Assembly: GCF_041956535.1 (NCBI RefSeq)
Contig: NW_027192214.1
Location: 221,687 to 285,686 of the forward strand
Length of the DNA stretch: 64,000 nucleotides
Source of the DNA: Calcarisporiella thermophila CBS 279.70
Lineage: Eukaryota; Fungi; Calcarisporiellomycota
Direction: 5' to 3'
Under the pieces are notes generated by a model. That model was not told where the DNA came from, ran no database searches, and worked only from the letters and a program-made list of their open reading frames with translations. Shown one piece after another: positions 46,801-59,071 of this stretch. A program made the position numbers and the translations under genes. The stretch's first letter is position 1, and each line of letters starts with the position of its first letter.

Positions 46801-47172
46801 CTGGATAAAAGCAATTAACCCAGAGTTCAGCTTTGAATTTTGTGCTGGATGGTGAATCGTTAATACCTGATTATAGCTAGCCAGTCCAATAAGCCTTGTC
46901 CAAGTTTTGGCGGTCGCTTACTCTCAGCTGAATATTTGATGGTTCGAGCGTATACATTGCTATTGTGGGGCCGCAGAATGGAGAAGGCAAAGGCCACTCC
47001 AATTGTAATCGCAACGTTTATCCCCAGCTGGGTGAGCATGCCTAAGAATAGAAGAAATCCATCAGGACCAATTCAGAAGGGTATGCGCACTATCCATCTT
47101 GCAGGTTTTACCGGTAAGGGTAACCTTTGCATCGGCTTTAACTTGATTCTTGAAGTCAAATACATCGCTCAT
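43844..47172 (-). CDS. OSCA/TMEM63 (Csc1/Rsn1-like) calcium-permeable stress-gated channel
   Basis: FSILRPHNSNVYAR, IGYDALVFIQF, APTPKDIIWKN, TPRELRE...FDYPMYY, ETGGAMWR; multiple TM helices and a long disordered C-tail. Confidence 0.9.
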
Positions 47173-47566
47173 GCTTCATAAATGATATCTAATGAGTATA
47201 TATGCAGTACAGACTATTGCTAAGGATTGGGATGATCTAATGAATCGGAAGAATCAGCACGAGCTTCACAGAGTTAAAATAAGACCCACAAAGAAACTCA
47301 CCCAAACATATAAGGAATTGGTAGGGATGGATAGCATCAATTAAATTTGACCAAACAATTTTAATTTCGGGTTTCTGTGACCTGGGAACCACTCGATATG
47401 GGGTTGGTAGGAATTTGCACTTGGCATTGAGGAAAAACCAAACCCAGCTCTCTTTACCACACAGACAAAAATGACCATAAACATATACAGAAGGGGAGAA
47501 AGAAAAATTTTACAATGCGAAAAGCAAAAACTAAAATTCAACGAAAACAAAGACTAAGTCCACAGC

Positions 47567-48605
47567 TTAACAAGTGGTGCCTACATATTCAACATCGACC
47601 TCCTCCTCATCGTCGCTGGCGCTTTCCTCGTCACCATCGTCGTCGTCATCCTCCTCCTCCTCCTCCTCCTGCTCCCAAGTATCGTCGCCATCCTCTCCTA
47701 CGTCTCCGCCTAAATTGCTCGACCGCATATTCACCCTGCGGAAGAGTTGAATAGAAGGGGAAAGTAAGCTTTTGGCTCCAATACGAGAATGCACGATTTG
47801 CTCTACTTACTTGTCAGAGTCCCCTTGTAGACTCAACTTGGAAAGCTTTATTCGCTGATACTCGTTCTAAAGTCGGATTGAACTCTGTGAGTAGAACATT
47901 GGAAATTCTGACCAAAAGATGAGGTAATCATACCTCGATTTGCGACCAGTTCTCCTCCTGTAATTTCATAGACTCGGCTAGGGAAATTGGCTGTAATCGG
48001 GCACTTTTGTAGTATCTGGACTATAAACCTCAGGAGAGGTTAGAGGAAGAAATAGAGGTTGAAAGGAAAGCAGATGTGAAAGCTACCTCGTTTCTCTGGG
48101 AGTGGGATATTGAACGCTCCTCTCTTTCAATATGTGATTTGAGCTTGTGATAGGCTTGTAACTTTTCCTGTGGAAGTGGGTGTTCAGTGGTCGAGCTGGG
48201 GGTTCTCCCAATATCCAAGTTGCCCAGCACGCCGCCAACCTCATTAACGTGATCCGTGCGACCTAAAAGCACTTCAATGCGTTCATTTGCCTGACGGACA
48301 CGTTCGCCGTTGTCTGGGAGTTGGGCGAGGAGTGATCTGCAAATAAGAAATGTGAGAATACACAATAGCGTGGAGTAGAGATCCAAAAATAATTACGGAT
48401 TCTGTAAAAGAGTGCGATGTTTATCGCGGAGCTCAAGTAGCTCGTCAATCGAGCACTTATTTAGATCCTTTATATCCGCGTGATTGAGGCCGGCGCCGAA
48501 GGCGTTGCGCTGCAATCTGTTGGGATGCGCCAAGCTAGAGTAATGGGCGGAAGATGATAAGCGACGCCGGAATGGTTCAGAACGTGATGAAGGTTGTGAA
48601 AACAT
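47567..48605 (-). CDS. POLR2M: Gdown1/POLR2M (GRINL1A)-like RNA polymerase II-associated factor, 5 exons, 256 aa
   Basis: Exons 48605-48397, 48336-48087, 48020-47934, 47866-47811 and 47735-47567 (771 nt, in frame, all introns GT-AG). Motifs DLNKCSIDELLELRDKHRTLLQNPSLLAQLPDNGERV, QPISLAESMKLQEE, KVNMRSSN and an acidic tail, collinear with animal Gdown1 as recalled. Confidence 0.75.
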
Positions 48606-49333
48606 CAGAATCGGCTGATTAGATTGTTAGAAGAACGGGGGGCGGATAACATATTCAGCATGCTCGCATTGCCCATTCGAGAAGAGCCGCTTTGAGAGAT
48701 TGGAATTCGGAGCACGCTGCCCTCAACACGTCCCCCACCGGATCGGATTCGAATTGCACTCTGCCCGACTAGGAAAGGCGAATAAGCGAAATTACGTGTA
48801 TAAATGGAAGGAGAAAAGCCATATGCCAAAACACAGCAAACTCTATCGAGCAGCGAGGCGATTAGCTCCTTCGAGAACGGCTGAAGCCACGCCGGCCGGC
48901 CGCAGCCTGCAAGTTAATCTAATCGCGGGCCGTCTCCCTATCAGTCCAGGGCGCCCGACAGCCCGCCGGTGAGCTGGGAATAGTCAGCGTGAAGTGGAGA
49001 CAGCGGGGGGGGGCGGATTGGAAGTCCGACACGCCCTGAGAGGTGAGCCGTGAAATGTTGCGCGCTTTTCTGCTGCTTTTGTTGAGGAATGTTTTCACAA
49101 GGGTGTGTGAGGAGAAATTTTTTCTATCCTTGATCGGCTTCTCTCGTGCAGATAGGGAGGACTCGCTTATTTGCTGTCACTTTTATCTTTTTATCTCTCG
49201 CAGCTTTCTTTTTTTTTTAGCACGCTTGCGCTTTTCCCAGCTTCTCTCCCATCTTTGCTTCCGACACCTATCCAAACGCGTTCCTCCCATCTAAGCACCA
49301 CATTAGCAATACCCTCCATCTCCTCTCGCAATC

Positions 49334-51747
49334 ATGGCTAGTCAACAGGCGCGTCTTGCTCACATCGTCGAGTCCATTAACCGTCCCCCCCGCTCCGTCG
49401 AATTCCCCAAGCGCGACGGCAAGCCCGTCTACACCTCCGAAATCTACGGGCAGAATGTCTTCTCGCTTAGCCTTATGGCTAAGATGCTGCCCAAGCCAAT
49501 CTACTCCTCGTTCCTTCGCCTTTCGCGCGGCAGCCATCAGCTGGATAAGCCCACCGCAGACGCTATTGCCCATGCCGTCCGGACCTGGGCAATGGACCAT
49601 GGAGCTACCCACTTCACTCATTGGTTCCAGCCTCAAACAGGCAGTACTGCAGAAAAGCACGACTCTTTCCTGAGCTTGAAGACGACATTCGGCCCGGGGA
49701 GCCAGGACGTGACCCCAATTGACACATTCTCCGGATCCCAACTGCTACAATCCGAGCCCGATGCTTCATCTTTCCCAAGCGGAGGTATGCGCTCTACCTT
49801 TGAGGCCCGTGGGTACACCGTCTGGGATACAAAGAGGTATTGGGATGTCAATTTAAATCCATTGTCTAAAATCAGCCGAGTTCATTGTTTATTTTTTTTT
49901 TTATGACAATGCCATAGCCCCATGTTCCTTAGAGCCGGTCCCAATGGAACCATGATCCTCTACATTCCCTCTGTTTATATCTCTTACAACGGTGAGGCTC
50001 TCGACGAGAAAACCGTGCTTTTGCGCGCCTCAGAGTCTTTGTCCAAAGCCGCCTGTGAGCTGATCAAACTTATTGAACCCGTCCCCGCTGGTAGGCCAGG
50101 CCATTTGTTTTCCCCGGCCGCTTTGTTGTATTGATTTGCTTTGTTTTCATAGGTTCTCCGCCACGTGTCAACCACGTTTACACAACACTCGGAACGGAAC
50201 AAGAATTCTTCCTTGTCGACCGATCGCTCTATGCCCTCCGCCCCGACCTCAAGATTTGCGGCCGCACCCTCGTTGGAAACCTCCCTCCGCGTCACCAGCA
50301 GCTTGAGGATCATTACTTCGGCAAAATGCCCAGTCGAGTCATTGCTGCACTCAGCGAGACCGAGCTCGAACTTTTGAAACTCGGCGTCCCCATCAAGACC
50401 CGCCATAACGAGGTAGCTCCTGGGCAGTTCGAAATGGCGCCTATCTTCGAGGAGGCCAACATCGCCGTCGACCACAACTTGTTGTCAATGGACATCATCC
50501 ACAAGGTGGCCCACAGGCACAAGCTCAAGGCTTTGTTTCACGAAAAGCCTTTCCAGGGTGTGAATGGCTCGGGCAAGCACTGCAACTGGTCAATGAGCAC
50601 CGACCACGGAGAAAACCTGCTCGATCCCACCGTGAAGCCCGAAACCAACTACCGTTTCCTATTGTTCTTGGTAGCCGTCCTCGAGGCAGTCCACCAGCAT
50701 GGTGGCCTCCTGCGTGCGGGTATTTCATCCTCATCAAACGAGCACCGTCTCGGTGCCAACGAGGCTCCTCCTGGTATCGTCTCCGCATTCCTTGGGGAAC
50801 ACTTGACCGAGGTCCTGGACTCTATCGAGCAAAACCGCCCGCTGAAGAACTTCTCTCAGCCCGAGTACCAGAGCATTAAGCTGGGTGGCACCGTTCTCGA
50901 TTTGAAAGTGGCCGCACTGCCCACCATTGCGCGTGATTTGACCGACCGTAACCGCACCTCTCCGTTTGCTTTCACCGGCAACAAGTTTGAATTCCGTGCC
51001 GTCGGCTCAAAACAGTCTCCCTCTTTCCCCGTGACGCTTCTCACCGCAGCAGTGGCCTCTGCAATTCAATCCGTCACCAGAGATTTGATTCAACAGAAGG
51101 GAGACAAGCCCTATCCCACTGACGAAGATAAGCTTGCAGTCATCCGCAAATACATCGCGCGCACAAAACCCATCCGCTTTGAGGGCGATAACTACTCCGA
51201 GGCATGGCGCAAGGAAGCTGCTGCCCGCGGCCTTCCGGACATCAAAAATGGTGTGGAAGCGTTTGCGCAGTTATTGCACCCAGACAACGCAGGAATGTTA
51301 AAGAAGATGGGCGTGTTCTCAGACTCGGAATTGCACTCTCGCTACCACATTCTGATGGAACGTTATGTCAAAGACTGGGTTGTGGAAGCCAATACCCTCC
51401 GAACTATGATACTAACTCAGGTGCTGCCGGCCGGATTCGAATACCGCCGATCCCTAGCCGAGGGTGCGAAACTATTAAAGGAGGTCGAGGTGGAGGCCAA
51501 GCCCGAGTTAGATTTGCTCAAGAAGTTGACTCCACTACTCAATGGCTTGCAAGCTTCAGTTGAGAAATTAACTGAAGCAGTGCATCACGCTGAGGCCGTG
51601 GAAGATCTTGCTGAGCAGGGTAAGCGTGCCCATGGCCTATGGGATTTGATGAACGAGGTACGGAAATATGCGGATAGCCTCGAGGAATTGGTTGCGGATA
51701 AGAACTGGCCATATCCACGATATGCTGAGTTGTTGAGTTCTTTGTAA
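49334..51747 (+). CDS. Glutamine synthetase type III, 3 exons
   Basis: GSIII-specific motifs [74 protein letters not shown]; introns near 49837-49917 and 50090-50152. Confidence 0.95.
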
Positions 51748-52064
51748 TGTTACTGGCTCGGAAGGATTTATGCATGAGCCCATGTGATGAATCTGGTCCT
51801 CTTTTTTTTTTTGTGCCTGATAAAATTCAAAGTATTTTTTTTTTAAATGGGTGTTTAGTGACTCTTTTTTATGGAATTAAAACTCTACTTTTCTCATTTT
51901 CAAGATAAATTACTTTTAATAAAGTGATCCATGGTAATCTTATATAATATTTTAAGCAATATTGTTACAAACGCTTTCCAAACCATTCAAAAACATTAAA
52001 ATTGCTGGAAGATATCAATGAAAAAAAAAAATATTTACACAAAAAAAAAAAGATTAAATAGCAC

Positions 52065-53055
52065 CTAATCGCCCATCTCAATATCATTATGCTCCTTTTC
52101 TTTTTCTACGCCACTTAAGTCGCTCCAACCTACTGATTTTGTTTGCCCCTGAATTGGCAATGGTTTTCGGAGCTGTATCGCAAACTCGTAATTTACCAAA
52201 GGGAAATAGGTTGAGAGGGCATTATCGGACGTTGCATCCTGTGTATGGGTATTGCGATTTTCTGCGACAAGAAAGTGCTTAAGGCTATCAGCAGCCAGGC
52301 GTGTTTGTGCCTGGTTGATTTCGCGGAGATGTTGGGGATTATCTATTCGATGTACGTACACCTAAAGAGAGAGTGCGGTCAAGATAAAATATTGACAATG
52401 GGTACATTTGGTCTAAGGGTTACCGGTGTTCTCTTATACGTATATTGGCTTGGAAATTTTGGTAGAAAGTCAGGCACATATTCAGGCTGATCCTCTGTCA
52501 TATCACCTTCTAGTAATTTTAAAGGTAGCGTTTGTTCAATCGTATTTTCCTCGGATTCAGTAATTGGAAATATTTTTGCTAAATCATCATCTAGTGGACG
52601 TAAAATCATTAAGTCTAAGTAATTATATGATTTGTGAAAATGAAAGATAGTTTACTTGAAATTTCAATGGCTGCTGCACGAAAAAATTCCTCAATGTTCA
52701 TCTTTTTCAGACCTGTCTCAGTTAAGACATGCTCCAAATCATGGATATTTGGTCGGGACCGATTAGAGTGCTGGGCATACGCGTTCGTTAATCGAAACAA
52801 CTGTACAATGTCTTATATCAAATCGTAATGGCAGCGGAGCAGCAACCATTTTTCTGTGAATATACAAATCTTTATGACGTAGGATATGGAATAGATCTTA
52901 CATGTCCCAAAGAGGTCAGAAAGGGTTTCCAGAGCAGATCGTTTAACCGCATCAAACCCAACGCGCTTACATATCAATGAGATCACTTTTTGACACACTG
53001 CTGCTGAAACCTCTGCATTGACGGCTGTTAATGCGCCTCGCTCTATTGTGCTCAT
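52065..53055 (-). CDS. TAF8: TFIID subunit 8-like protein (histone-fold/BTP plus TAF8 C-terminal motif)
   Basis: ICKRVGFDAVKRSALETLSD, YAQHSNRSRPNIHD, PEYVPDFLPKFPSQYTYKRTP. Confidence 0.85.
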
Positions 53056-53194
53056 GGCTTTATTGAGGTAATTGAAGGAGTGGAATTTTAACTAATTAAT
53101 CAAAAATTGTACTGCGCCCCGAATCCTACATGAATTTCTGCAAAGTAAACAAATCAATATGATGTTTAGTTGATCTTAGAAAATATTTTAAATC

Positions 53195-53398
53195 ATGACA
53201 TTTTTATCTTCTCTCTCGCGTTCGCTCACCTCTCGCATCGGGTTCACTGCATCAACTGTAAATTTTCAACAGTTGCGCTCAATGAAAGTGCGCTCATCAG
53301 TAAAGAAAATGTGCGATGGATGCTCAACAGTTCGTCGTCGTGGGCGAGTTTATGTGATTTGCAACAAGAATAAAAAGCATAAACAACGTCAAGGATAA
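53195..53398 (+). CDS. RTC6: Mitochondrial ribosomal protein bL36m
   Basis: Presequence followed by [14 protein letters not shown]...[21 protein letters not shown]. Confidence 0.95.
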   Translation: MTFLSSLSRSLTSRIGFTASTVNFQQLRSMKVRSSVKKMCDGCSTVRRRGRVYVICNKNKKHKQRQG

Positions 53399-53912
53399 AT
53401 TTCGGTATCTATCCGGCAGACAACCCTTAATCTTAGATCAAGCTTGAAGCTATGTGAATTCTCTCCTGGCCTTACCGAATTACCTTGCCTGTTATATCTT
53501 TATTTTTGTCTATGGGATAAGGTTTCTATCCTTCTCTCTTTTGTAATGTTATTTCATTTAAACGTTATTTTGGCACGATTTTTTTTTCTACACCTTTGAT
53601 ATATAAATACCTTCATATTTAACTCTTTCAGTCTAGCATATACGAAAGTACTAAATTGTGCTTCCCAGGTCCACTTAAAGACATAGTAGAGGCACTTAGA
53701 AGCTTTTAAAATAATTTTTATTCAGTTAATACTGAGGAACTTGAGTTAAGTGATCTAATTACATCTTACAATTAAGAATAATACTGCTAATTAATTTTGA
53801 CAGTATTTCCTGTCATCATCAGAAGGCATTAGTTGATTGGAGATGCATTCAATATCACATGCGACATGTGACTGTGTCTGATTTCCGACTCCAGGCGAAC
53901 GGATTTAGTCTT

Positions 53913-53919
53913 TATATAA
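53913..53919 (+). promoter_or_regulatory. Candidate TATA box of the isocitrate lyase gene
   Basis: TATATAA about 130 nt upstream of the ATG at 54049, followed by a pyrimidine-rich tract. Confidence 0.4.
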
Positions 53920-54048
53920 GTTCGACCCCCTGGTTCTTTTACTCCCATTTCCCTTGCCTAATTTTTCTTCTTTTTTTATTTTCCCACTCTTGCCGCTCAA
54001 TCAATAAGACTTTCATCGTCCAATTCAGCCGCTTGAAATTCAAACAAC

Positions 54049-55799
54049 ATGAGTTACCTCCCGCTACCCACAGCGCAATTCATTGAAGACGAAGAGCATC
54101 AATTCAAGGCTGAAGTAGAAGAGGTGAAACGCTGGTGGAAATCAGACCGTTACCGACTCATCAAGCGACCCTATCCAGCCGAGCAAATTGTTGCCAAACG
54201 TGGAACTCTTCGCCAGCAATATGCCTCTGACCAACAAGCAAAAAAACTTTGGCGTATTTTGCAGCAGCATAAGAAAAATGGCACGGCGGTGCGCACCTTC
54301 GGAGCACTCGATCCGATCCAAGTAGCTCAAATGGGTAAATACCTTGAGGCTATCTACGTATCAGGGTGGCAATGTTCGTCAACAGCTTCGACGTCGAATG
54401 AACCCGGCCCTGATCTTGCTGACTATCCCATGGTAGGTAATCTTGGATAATTTTACCATAGAACACCTTAACTGATTGTTTCTCTTCCCAGGACACGGTA
54501 CCAAACAAAGTAGAACATCTATTTATGGCACAACAATTCCATGATCGGAAGCAGAGAGAAGCACGCTTGGGAATGTCGAAAGAACAGCGTGCTAAATCTC
54601 CTTATGTAGATTTTTTGAGACCTCTGGTTGCGGATGCTGATACTGGGCACGGTGGAATTACAGCAAATATGAAACTGGCCAAAATGTTTGTTGAGCGCGG
54701 AGCGGCTGGTAAGTGATATACCTTAATTCTAATAACGACATCACTTATATATTCCATACAAATAGCAACCCATCTTGAGGATATGGCTGGCAACTTTAAG
54801 AAGTGTGGCCATATGGCTGGAAAGGTCCTTGTTCCCATTTCTGAGCACATAAACCGGCTTGTTGCATTCCGCGTGCAATTTGACATCATGGGGGTTGAAA
54901 CTCTGATTATCTCTCGTACTGACTCGGAGGCAGCAACTTTGATCACGTCTAATGTTGATCCACGCGATCATCCATTCATTCTCGGCTCAACAAATCCCAA
55001 TTTGCCTCCGCTCGTACAGGTTTTGAACGAAGCTGAGAATGCGGGATTCTCTGGAGCCGAACTTGAGGCAAAGGAAGCTGAGTGGATGAGCAAAGCGAAG
55101 CTAATGCGATTTAGCGATGCTGTTGCACAAGCTATACAGGACTCATCTGCTGGGGATAAAAATTCCAAATTGAAGAAATGGACGGAGCAAAGTGCCAAGC
55201 TTTCAAATGCCGATGCGCGTCTTCTAGCCAAGTCTTTGGGCGTTGAGATCTTCTGGGACTGGGATTCACCCCGCACCCGTGAGGGCCTGTATCGCTACCA
55301 AGGAGGCACTCAGTGCGCAATTCACCGTTCGATTTGCTTTGCTCCATATGCAGATCTCCTTTGGATGGAAACTGCTAAACCTATCTATTCCCAAGCAAAG
55401 GAGTTTGCGGAAGGAGTCAAGAGCGCGCATCCGGAAGTTATGCTCGCATATAATCTAAGTCCTTCATTTAACTGGGATGCTGCTGGAATGAATGATCAGC
55501 AGATACGTACATTCATTGATGATCTTGGCAGGCTTGGTTTTTGTTTCCAATTCATTACTCTAGGTGGTTTCCATGCCAATGCACTGGCTGTAGACACGTT
55601 TGCACGTGACTATATGAAACGCGGTATGCTTGCTTATGTGGAACGAATTCAGCGACAGGAAAGGGAGCACGAGGTCGAGACTCTGCAGCACCAGAAATGG
55701 TCGGGTGCAAACTACGTGGATGCACTGGTATCTGTTGTTACTGGTGGAGTCAACGCGACAGCTGCCATGGGTAAAGGTGTAACTGAATCACAGTTCTAG
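54049..55799 (+). CDS. ICL1: Isocitrate lyase, 3 exons
   Basis: [40 protein letters not shown] and QFITL (ICL-type rather than methylisocitrate-lyase-type residues), HQKWSGA. Confidence 0.95.
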
Positions 55800-56985
55800 T
55801 CCAGCCATCGCATCACTTTGAAAACATAAACTAGTACTAAGCCTCTTTTCAACGTCTATACATGTATCTTAATATTGAAACACTTTGGATTATTATGTTA
55901 TGGTTTTCTCGTATTTAGATTTTTCTTTAAAAAAAAATCCAAATTAAATAGCGGCAAATAAAATGGCGTTTTTTATCTTCACTCTACGAAAATATCTGCT
56001 TTTGTCGCCTGGCTTAATTTATTACAGTGAATATGCAAAAGGAAGTTTATAAAAAATTGACAATTGCTACGAATAAAAGTTTTAATAGCAGATTCGTTTA
56101 AACTAGAGATTAGTGCTTCCTTCGAAGTAGATAAATTTTTGGATATTAATAATATTTTTGCTTTATTTCTATTCGACTTTTTTTTCTCTGCTTGTTGCCA
56201 CCCTTACTGTTAGAAGCAAGTCAGAGAGAAATGAAAATACTTGAATGCAATAACTTCATGCATTGTTACCTACATATTGAATAAAATAGGCGTGGCCTAG
56301 ATCAAGTCAGAATAGTAAAAAGGATGTCAATCGTGCTTTGCCATTCAATTTACTTGTGATATACGAAGAAAGGATAATGTCGATCAACATGAGCCTTGAG
56401 TTTATCTAGTAATTAAAGCTATTAAACAGTTCCTGGAGATGATAAGGCATATACAAAATAAGCACACTGTATTTTCTCTACTCGACCCTGCGGGAACCTT
56501 GTCAAAACATCGGGAAGAATGCCTAATTCATGATATCTTACATTTTAATCAAGTAAAAATGATATATAATGGTGCTTTTGTTATACATTTTAAACTCTAC
56601 TTGATGAAAACATCCTTTTCATATATTATATCCTAGAGTATTAACTTCAGATTCCTAGGTATAGTATGAAGATATTCCTCTAAATAATTCCCGATATGCT
56701 TACTACAAATATGATGACTAGTAAAAATATAATTAATCGAATTGAAATTGAAAATATTTTGAAAAAAAATTGAAAAAATAAAAAAAATTTAAAAAAAAAT
56801 TTTTTGGATTTTGAATAATTTATCGAAAATTTTTATTTTCATTGGTTAAAATTTAAAATTTTGAATTTTGCAAATCCCAATCAGTAACAAAATGAAATTT
56901 TGTTTCCATTAATTCGGTTTTATTACGTATATCGAGAGCATTAACATAAATGATTTGGTTTTATTTAGTTGTATAAATAATATAA

Positions 56986-58759
56986 CTATAGTTTAGATTT
57001 AATCGTATATTTATCGCCTATCAAGTGTCGTTCCAAGTAGTCATTTAAGAACATTCCTTTAGGGTCTAGCCGATTTCGTACTTTGCAAAATTCTTGGAAT
57101 TTTGGATAGCTTGCTGATAACTGTTCTGGTGTCTGTTTGTGGGCCTGAAAAAATGGCAAAATACATGATACAATTAAGTAATTGAGTTAAAAAAGGTAAT
57201 ACAAAGAGGTTACTTTTGCCCAATGCGGTCTTCCTCCCAACGAATACATGATTTCTTCAAAGATCTTCCAATATTTTTTGTATGGAACGGGTGTACCATA
57301 AGGGCTACAAATAAAAAAGTGAATAGTAAAATACAAGGGTTTGAAAAAGAAAGACTTACCGATACATTATGATCCCTATGTAGCAGGTTGGCCGTCCATA
57401 TGCAGGGCTAAGCCAAACATCATGTTCCTCTCGAACAAACCTAACTTCTACTGGGAAATGGACCATGTAGCCGTTTTCGTTAATTGCATTGCGTAATTGA
57501 CGTAGTGCTTGGGCAGTCTTTTCGTACGGAATAGCCCATTCATTCACGTATTGTGGAAAGAGGCAATCGAAATTAAATGCTTTGTAAGAATCATCTATTA
57601 CATTGGCTGGCTGCGTAAATTGCATGGAAAAGTGTTGCTGAGAAATGAATGGTATCAGCGACGGACGGAACCTCGACACATAGAGTAGAAACTGATATAG
57701 GTGGAATCCAAGGAATCGACTCTTATACCAAGAAGTAAGTTTGTTTGTTTTCGGCTAATGGACAAATATTATTAATAAATTAGGGCTTGCTCTCAAAAAC
57801 AGCTATTAAATCTTTGACACCTTATCTGTCCTGTTGGCACGCCAGAGCACCACATTATTGGTATGACAAAACCACCAGAAGCGAACGTGCTCATCTGACT
57901 GCACAATTGAATCAAGGTTATCGAGAACGTGATCGAGCTTCTCTGGTGTCTCTTGCACTTCAAGTCGAAAAGCGGGCTCACATTGCAACTTAACCTCCGT
58001 AATAATGCCTATACATCCGAGACCACATAGAGCTGAGCAGAATATGTCCTGATTTTCCTTTCTAGAGCAAGTTATACGACTGCCATCTGCCGTCAAAAGG
58101 GTAAGCTCCAATACCTTATTTCATTTGATAATATCAAAACTAAAGATGAGAATATTACTATGAAGATTGAACAAAAGCCAAGCATGCTTATACCATAGAT
58201 GATAATGAAGGAAAGTTAATCCCTGTGCCATGAGTAGCAGTAGATATTACACCAGCAATACTCTGCTCTGATATTGATCCCAAGTTGCTGAGTGCTAATC
58301 CATGTTTCGCAAGAATTTCGTGAAGTTGATAGAGGCGTATTCCTCCCTGTACGGTGATGGTTTTTTCTTCTATATTGATCTAAACATATGCAAAAAAATA
58401 TATTGTAAAAGTAAAAGAAAATATTAATAGGAACTACAAAATCTTACATTTAATACAGCGTTCAACTTATCAGTGTTTATCATGTACCCATCAGTACAAG
58501 CAAGATCTGAGGGAGAGTGGCCTGAGCCAATTACTTTTACACGTTTGCCATTATTTCGTGCTAATTCTAAGATCTACATTATATATACAGAGGATAATAA
58601 GTCTAAGTCAACAATTCGGCTTGTTTGTGCATTGATTCTTACTTTAATGATTTGATCTTCTGAATGAACAGAAAAATAGTATTCAGGGGAACAGCGAAAA
58701 GTGCGAGACCAGTTCTGGAACGATGTACGTTTGGCAATTACAATTAGTGATGGATCCAT
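56986..58759 (-). CDS. ALO1: D-arabinono-1,4-lactone / L-gulonolactone oxidase family flavoenzyme
   Basis: [16 protein letters not shown] (covalent FAD His), [39 protein letters not shown]; last exon ends ...YTIKSKL-TAG. Confidence 0.92.
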
Positions 58760-59071
58760 GATGAAGTATTTTTGTTTACTCCTGTCAAATTATTTAGAGT
58801 TTCCCCTGAATTGGGATGTTCAATTCTGAATGGCAAAATTTTATTAATATGTACTAGTACATAAAACTGTCTGTTGGGAAGATATACGGAATTAATTAAA
58901 TTCCTGAGTATTGTATCGTTCTTATTATCGGTCTTACTAACGCTGAAGTTTTGCAATGCCATCTGCAATACACAATATTGTAGGCTATATATCTTTTATA
59001 AATATATTTAGAAGACTTAGGAACAAAATAAGTGTAATCCAAAAAAAAAAAATAAAAATTTGCAAGTGCGT

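Noticed and set aside
47156-47179. Out-of-frame ATG 7 nt upstream of the OSCA start (overlapping uORF)
   Set aside because: Poor initiation context and unknown TSS; cannot be distinguished from chance.
49000-49070. Possible TPP or glnA riboswitch upstream of GSIII (CTGAGA, short hairpin)
   Set aside because: Lacks the CCTGAT/AATAC core of the TPP riboswitch and the glnA motif consensus.
51736-51747. GSIII C-terminal SSL as a peroxisomal signal
   Set aside because: Weak non-canonical tripeptide with no supporting upstream basic context.
55797-55830. Stop-codon readthrough giving ICL a cryptic PTS1
   Set aside because: The extension would read SSHRITLKT, which is not a PTS1, and the stop context is not a TGA-CTA type.
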